This document shows, piece by piece, positions 27,634 through 32,000 of a DNA stretch of 32,000 bases. How positions within the stretch are numbered: position 1 is the stretch's first letter; every line of letters begins with the position of its first letter. The stretch spans positions 30,001 through 62,000 of the forward strand of contig JAJRVL010000011.1 of NCBI GenBank assembly GCA_024277355.1, read 5' to 3'. The notes beneath the pieces were generated by a model. The model searched no databases, was not told the DNA's origin, and saw nothing but the letters and a program-made list of their open reading frames with translations. Source of the DNA: an archaeon. GTDB taxonomy: Archaea > Iainarchaeota > Iainarchaeia > Iainarchaeales > 1-14-0-10-31-34. The translations under genes were made by a program, and so were the position numbers.

Positions 27634-28209
27634 ATGATGACTGGAGAAAGAACTGAAACAGCCTTAAAAGAAATGACTTTAAAAATAAGATCAAAAATTT
27701 TCAGTAAAACAGTCTGGCTTATAACAGAAGGAATTAATTCAGGCGGAGAAATGGCTAACTTGCTTTTACAGTTGTCTAATGATTTAAGAGAGCAGAATGC
27801 ATTACAGGAAGAAGTAAAAGGAAATGTTTCAATGTATGTAATTTTGATTTTTTTTGCTTCAGTTATTGGCGCACCATTAATGTTTGGAATAAGTTCTTTT
27901 ATTGTACAGATAATGGCAAAACAAGCAGGTGGTTTATCAGGATTATCAGAAGAAAGTTTAGCTTTAGCTTCATCTCAAGGAGCATTTTCATCTGGAACAG
28001 GAATAAGTATTACAGCTGACTTTATTGTAATGTTTTCAATGATAACTTTGTTTGTTATTTCAGTTTTTGGTTCACTTACAATAGGAATAATAAGTACTAG
28101 AAGTGAAAAAGGCGTAATAAAGAATATTCCTTTAATGTTAATTTCATCTTATGTGATTTACTTTATTGTTTTAACTGTATTACAATCAACTTTTAGTTCA
28201 TTGGTTTAA
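27634..28209 (+). CDS. TadC/FlaJ-like membrane protein 2, C-terminal part (same reading frame as 27226-27621)
   Basis: MMTGERTETALKEMTLKIRSKIFSKTVWLITEGINSGGEMANLLLQLSNDLR continues the T2SF domain, followed by TM helices. Confidence 0.75.
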   Translation: MMTGERTETALKEMTLKIRSKIFSKTVWLITEGINSGGEMANLLLQLSNDLREQNALQEEVKGNVSMYVILIFFASVIGAPLMFGISSFIVQIMAKQAGGLSGLSEESLALASSQGAFSSGTGISITADFIVMFSMITLFVISVFGSLTIGIISTRSEKGVIKNIPLMLISSYVIYFIVLTVLQSTFSSLV

Positions 28210-28402
28210 AACAAAAATAACGCTAAAAAAAAAGTTAATTAATTCTTAATTCAATAAAAACATAAACAACTAAAAGAACAAAAATAATTACAATTAAAAA
28301 ATAAAAAAAAATACTAATTAAAAATATAAACAACTAAAACAGAAAAATAAATTAAAATTCAATAAATATCAATAACTAAAAAAAAATAATTATCATTAAC
28401 TA

Positions 28403-28430
28403 AAAAATTAAAAAAAAAGAAAAAGAAAAG
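28403..28430 (-). terminator. Candidate oligo-T transcription terminator for the major pilin
   Basis: On the minus strand, T-rich runs (TTTTCTTTTTCTTTTTTTTTAATTTTTTA) lie just after the stop. Confidence 0.4.
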
Positions 28431-28443
28431 TGGAAGTTTAAGT

Positions 28444-28878
28444 TTAAACTGTTCCACTGCAAGTTGTTTTTTCTGATTTGGTTATTCCGCCTGTAACTGT
28501 ATAATTAATTGTTACGTCTTCTGTAATGTTTCCTGAAAAAGTGTTTCCGCCTAAAACAAATGTGTTTTCATCTGTTTTTGCAAGCGAGGCATCTCCTGAT
28601 GCAGAACCGTCTGCCCAAACAATAGTACCAGAACTTCCTGTAAAGCTATTAATGGTTATTGCATTAGGATTAGTGTTTTTAATTGTCAACTGAATGGTGT
28701 CTGCGTTAAAATCATAGTCTTTAATAAACAACTTTCCTCCGGTTGCAGTGCATTGTTTTGGAGTATTAAACACACCAAAAGCAAATAAGGCTGCAATTAC
28801 AATTACAATTACAACCAAAGCCCAACCATAAGTCATCAGGTATTCCAATGCAGATTGTCCTTTTGTATCTTTAAACAT
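28444..28878 (-). CDS. Class III signal peptide pilin (DUF361-like), candidate major pilin
   Basis: MFKDTKGQSALEYLMTYGWALVVIVIVIAALFAFGVFNT; small beta-rich Ser/Thr/Asn-rich ectodomain. Confidence 0.85.
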   Translation of the reverse strand: MFKDTKGQSALEYLMTYGWALVVIVIVIAALFAFGVFNTPKQCTATGGKLFIKDYDFNADTIQLTIKNTNPNAITINSFTGSSGTIVWADGSASGDASLAKTDENTFVLGGNTFSGNITEDVTINYTVTGGITKSEKTTCSGTV

Positions 28879-28883
28879 TTATC

Positions 28884-28890
28884 TTCCTCC
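28884..28890 (-). promoter_or_regulatory. Strong Shine-Dalgarno (GGAGGAA) upstream of the major pilin
   Basis: ttcctcc on the + strand, 5 nt upstream of the complement of the ATG (28876-28878). Confidence 0.7.
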
Positions 28891-29081
28891 TTTTAAATTT
28901 AAAAAACAATAAATGAATACTATTAGAAGGTTTATTGTATTTAAATGTTTTGTGGTTTAAGAAAACAAAACCACTGTTTAATAAAAAAAAAATAAATAAA
29001 AAAATGTTTAAAACTGAAAGGCAGTTATTTTAAATAACTTAAACCTATTTTATTAGAAGACTTAATTTAAAGTGAAATTTA

Positions 29082-29780
29082 ATGCCAAGATTAACTGACA
29101 GAACAAAAACAGGAGTTCCAGGATTAGATGAATTACTGGACGGCGGGATTCCAAGAGGAAATTTAGTTGTATTAGCAGGAGACCCTGGTTCAGGAAAAAC
29201 CTGTTTTTGCCTTGAATATCTATACAAAGGAGCATTGGATTACAACGAACCAGGAATATATATTTCATTAGAAGAAAGCTATGCTGAAATAATACGAAAC
29301 GGAAGAGAATTTGGATATGAATTAGAAGAATTAATAAAGAAAAAAATGCTGATAATTGAAACAGTAGAATTATATGATTTTGAAAAACTGAAAAATTTAA
29401 TTGAAGATTCAATTCAGATAATTAATGCAAAACGATTAGTAATTGATCCTGGAGTAATTTTCAGATTATATTTTGATAGAGAATTAGATGCAAGAAAAAG
29501 AATAATGAGTTTAGGAAAAATGCTTAAATTAATTGACTGCACTACTATAATAACAAATGAAATTAATTTAGACAAAACAAGAAGTTTATTTGGATTAGAA
29601 GAATATGTGGCTGACGGAGTGTTGTTGCTGTATCATACAAAAATAGAAAACAGGTTTGTAAGAAGTTTAGGTGTATTAAAAATGAGAGGAACAAAAATAT
29701 CAGAAAAACTTCATCCAGTTACAATCGGCCCAACAGGAATAAAAGTTTTATCAAAACAAGAATTATTTGAGGATATATAA
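29082..29780 (+). CDS. KaiC/RadA-like RecA-superfamily ATPase with intact Walker A
   Basis: TGVPGLDELLDGGIPRGNLVVLAGDPGSGKTCFCLEYLYKGALDYNEPGIYISLEESY; RLVIDPGVIFRLYF. Confidence 0.88.
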   Translation: MPRLTDRTKTGVPGLDELLDGGIPRGNLVVLAGDPGSGKTCFCLEYLYKGALDYNEPGIYISLEESYAEIIRNGREFGYELEELIKKKMLIIETVELYDFEKLKNLIEDSIQIINAKRLVIDPGVIFRLYFDRELDARKRIMSLGKMLKLIDCTTIITNEINLDKTRSLFGLEEYVADGVLLLYHTKIENRFVRSLGVLKMRGTKISEKLHPVTIGPTGIKVLSKQELFEDI

Positions 29781-30609
29781 AATGAAGAAAAAAAAAGCAA
29801 AACAAAAGGTTAAACTGAAAAAAGCAGTTAAAAAACCAAAAAACAAAAAAAAGCCAAGTTCAATTAAAGAATTAGAAAACTTACTTACAAAACCATTAAA
29901 GCAGAAAAGAACTTTTGTGACAAAAGAAGAAAAAAGTATTGTAAAACAAAAAAATAAAATAAACAGCAAAATTGAAATGAAAACAAATCTTGAACAAGAA
30001 ATCCATCCTGATGCTGAATTATCAGAATTAATTGACCCAAAAAGAGGCATTGACTTAAAGATATTAAGATATTTAGAAGAACTTCCAAAAGAACAGTTTA
30101 CTGCATTGCTTTTAGTTGAACCAACAAATTACTCTAAAATAAACTATGAATTATTAAGGCTTTTAATAAACCATACAAAAGGAAAAGGAATATATGTAAC
30201 TTTAAATCGTGCTTATGAATTTGTAGAAGAAACACTAAAAAAAGAAAAAATTGATACAGAACAAATAGTTTTCATTGATGCAATAAGCAAAGGAACAGGA
30301 AAAAACATTGTATCCAGAGAAAACGTTGAATACATTGAATCCCCAAGAGATTTAACTGCATTAAGTGTAATATTAGATGAAACATACCAGAAAATGACAG
30401 AAAAACCAAAATTTATGGTGTTTGATTCAATCAGCACTTTATTGATTTACAATGATGTTTCTTCAGTTGAAAGATTTACTCATTTAATTATAGGAAAATT
30501 AAGGGAATGGCGGATGAAAGGAGTATTATTAATGGTTAAATCAGAAGAACACAGAGGAGTAGTTAATTCATTAAGCCAGTTCTGCGACAGAATTCTTGAA
30601 ATAATATAA
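29767..30609 (+). CDS. Lys-rich N-terminus fused to a degenerate KaiC/RecA-fold domain lacking Walker A
   Basis: FTALLLVEPTNYSKINYELLRLLINHTKGKGIYVTLNRAYEFVEETLKKEKI...KFMVFDSISTLLIYNDVSSVERFTHLIIGKLREWRMKGVLLMVK. Confidence 0.6.
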   Translation: MRIYKMKKKKAKQKVKLKKAVKKPKNKKKPSSIKELENLLTKPLKQKRTFVTKEEKSIVKQKNKINSKIEMKTNLEQEIHPDAELSELIDPKRGIDLKILRYLEELPKEQFTALLLVEPTNYSKINYELLRLLINHTKGKGIYVTLNRAYEFVEETLKKEKIDTEQIVFIDAISKGTGKNIVSRENVEYIESPRDLTALSVILDETYQKMTEKPKFMVFDSISTLLIYNDVSSVERFTHLIIGKLREWRMKGVLLMVKSEEHRGVVNSLSQFCDRILEII

Positions 30610-30625
30610 AAATCAAAAACAGAAA

Positions 30626-31204
30626 CTATAAATCAAAAACAAAATTCTTTTTCACTGAATTAAAAGGAAAAGCAGTTAATTCAACAAACAATTTTTTTTC
30701 TTTAACTTCAAAGAAAAAATTATAATCCATCATTTTTTTTATATTCATTAAAACAGCATTATCATGCAGTCTTTCATCAATAAAACACACAACTGAATAA
30801 TTCAGTTCTTTTGCTTTTCTTGTTTCAAAAAACAAAAAAGAATAAACTGCATTAGAAGGATTAAATGAAAGTAAAGAAGACAAAGAATCAAATAATAAAA
30901 TTCCTTTGTTTTCTTTTTTGCCTTGAACTGAATGAATTGAAGAAGAAATTTCAGGAAGAGAAAACCCTTCAATTTCAACTGCTTTTTTTCCAAAACCATA
31001 TTTTGATATAACAAAAAAGTCATCCATTAAAGAAGAATAATTTGATGGATTAAATAAAACTAAAATGTTTTTTTGGTTTTTGTTTTTTTTAAACATTAAT
31101 TCAATTAGTTTTTTTGCCTGAACTGACTTTCCGGAAAACATAATGCTTGAATTAGGCTTTACTCCTAATAAATCAAAAGAAAAATTCATAATAAAAAAAC
31201 ACAT
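30626..31204 (-). CDS. Degenerate KaiC/RecA-fold paralog
   Basis: SSIMFSGKSVQAKKLIELMFKKNKNQKNILVLFNPSNYSSLMDDF...GILLFDSLSSLLSFNPSNAVYSFLFFETRKAKELNYSVVCF has the same layout as the 29767 ORF. Confidence 0.5.
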   Translation of the reverse strand: MCFFIMNFSFDLLGVKPNSSIMFSGKSVQAKKLIELMFKKNKNQKNILVLFNPSNYSSLMDDFFVISKYGFGKKAVEIEGFSLPEISSSIHSVQGKKENKGILLFDSLSSLLSFNPSNAVYSFLFFETRKAKELNYSVVCFIDERLHDNAVLMNIKKMMDYNFFFEVKEKKLFVELTAFPFNSVKKNFVFDL

Positions 31205-31220
31205 TAAGCAAATAAAAGGT

Positions 31221-32000
31221 TTATTGCTTAAAAGAAATAATTTTGCCTGAAAACTCTGAAAGTTTTTCTTTTAAAGAGTCAGTTAAAGATAAAATTTCAT
31301 CTGAAATTTTTTTTGAGTTATTTTGCTGTCTTGCAAGTTCTTTTTCTGAATTCTGCTTTGAATTATTCAAAGAAATTATTTCTTCTTCTAAAGAAGAAAT
31401 TTTACCTGAAATTTCAGATAAACTGATTTTTCTTTCTATTTCATTAAGTGATTTCTCTGTTTCAGAAAATTCATTAAACATTAAATCAAAATTATATTCA
31501 GTTAATTCATTTAAAACAGCTGTTTTTTTTATTTTTTCTTTTTCTTTTAATGAAATTTTTCCTTCAGAAATTAATTCCTGAATATAAGAAAAAATTTTTT
31601 TTAAGATTAATGCATTATTGTCTTTTTTTAATGCAAGAAAAGGATTTGAAAGATAAGCTTCTAAAAGAGATTTTTCTTCTGGTTTAAGCAAAAAATTCTT
31701 TGATTCAGATAACTTGCTTAAAACTTTCATGGATTTTTCAATTGGAAAAAGAAGTTGAATTAATTTTGTTTTAGTTTCCTGTTTTTTATGGATTAAAACG
31801 CTTTTTTCTTCAAAAAAAGATTTCAGTTCTGCTGCTTCAGGAGAAAGTTTTAATGAATCTAATCTTTCCTGTAATTCAGTTATTTTTTTATTTAAATCAT
31901 TATTTCTTTTTTTTATTTCTGTTTCAGATAAAACAGAAGCAGAATTCAATTCATTTTTTTTCTTTAATTCAGTAAATTCTTCTTTTATTTCTGAAAGCAG
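31221..32000 (-). CDS. Coiled-coil protein, partial (N-terminus outside window)
   Basis: Heptad-like KKITELQERLDSLK...LKEKLSEFSGKIISF. The frame stays open upstream of the track start (TTG at 31949) to the window edge. Confidence 0.5.
   Translation of the reverse strand: MLSEIKEEFTELKKKNELNSASVLSETEIKKRNNDLNKKITELQERLDSLKLSPEAAELKSFFEEKSVLIHKKQETKTKLIQLLFPIEKSMKVLSKLSESKNFLLKPEEKSLLEAYLSNPFLALKKDNNALILKKIFSYIQELISEGKISLKEKEKIKKTAVLNELTEYNFDLMFNEFSETEKSLNEIERKISLSEISGKISSLEEEIISLNNSKQNSEKELARQQNNSKKISDEILSLTDSLKEKLSEFSGKIISFKQ

Noticed and set aside
28261-28400. Possible CRISPR-like array
   Set aside because: Only two copies of a low-complexity A-rich word at 64-nt spacing, no uniform repeats or spacers and no cas genes in the window.

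Overview
AT-rich, gene-dense window that looks archaeal. It has class III signal-peptide pilins, FlaI/FlaJ-like genes and KaiC-like ATPases, and the many small divergent proteins suggest a DPANN-type lineage (inference). No rRNA, tRNA, CRISPR array or transposase gene was recognised. Left part: C-terminus of a Fap7-like kinase, several secreted or lipoprotein-like proteins, an AMMECR1-family protein, a PRC-barrel protein, an NFACT-N/NEMF-like protein that appears to lack NFACT-R, a bacterial-type LeuRS, a HypC-like protein and a compact minus-strand cluster gap-pgk-EamA-unknown. Right part (about 16.9-32 kb): a putative type IV-pilus-like surface machine with several prepilin-like proteins, a 906-915 aa surface protein, a coiled-coil/wHTH-like protein, a secretion ATPase, two TadC/FlaJ-like proteins, a major pilin and a cluster of three KaiC/RecA-fold proteins. 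Most notable observations: (1) a seven-blade LVIVD-like beta-propeller appears inserted inside the VWA domain right after the MIDAS DxSxS motif; (2) a 72-nt, 64% GC hairpin-rich element sits exactly in frame in the cleavable leader of a prepilin-like gene; (3) the second TadC/FlaJ gene is split by one in-frame TAA that aligns with a Lys in the neighbouring paralog; (4) an 8-bp perfect inverted repeat flanks the TATA box of the PRC-barrel gene; (5) degenerate KaiC-like paralogs lie next to the FlaI/FlaJ genes.
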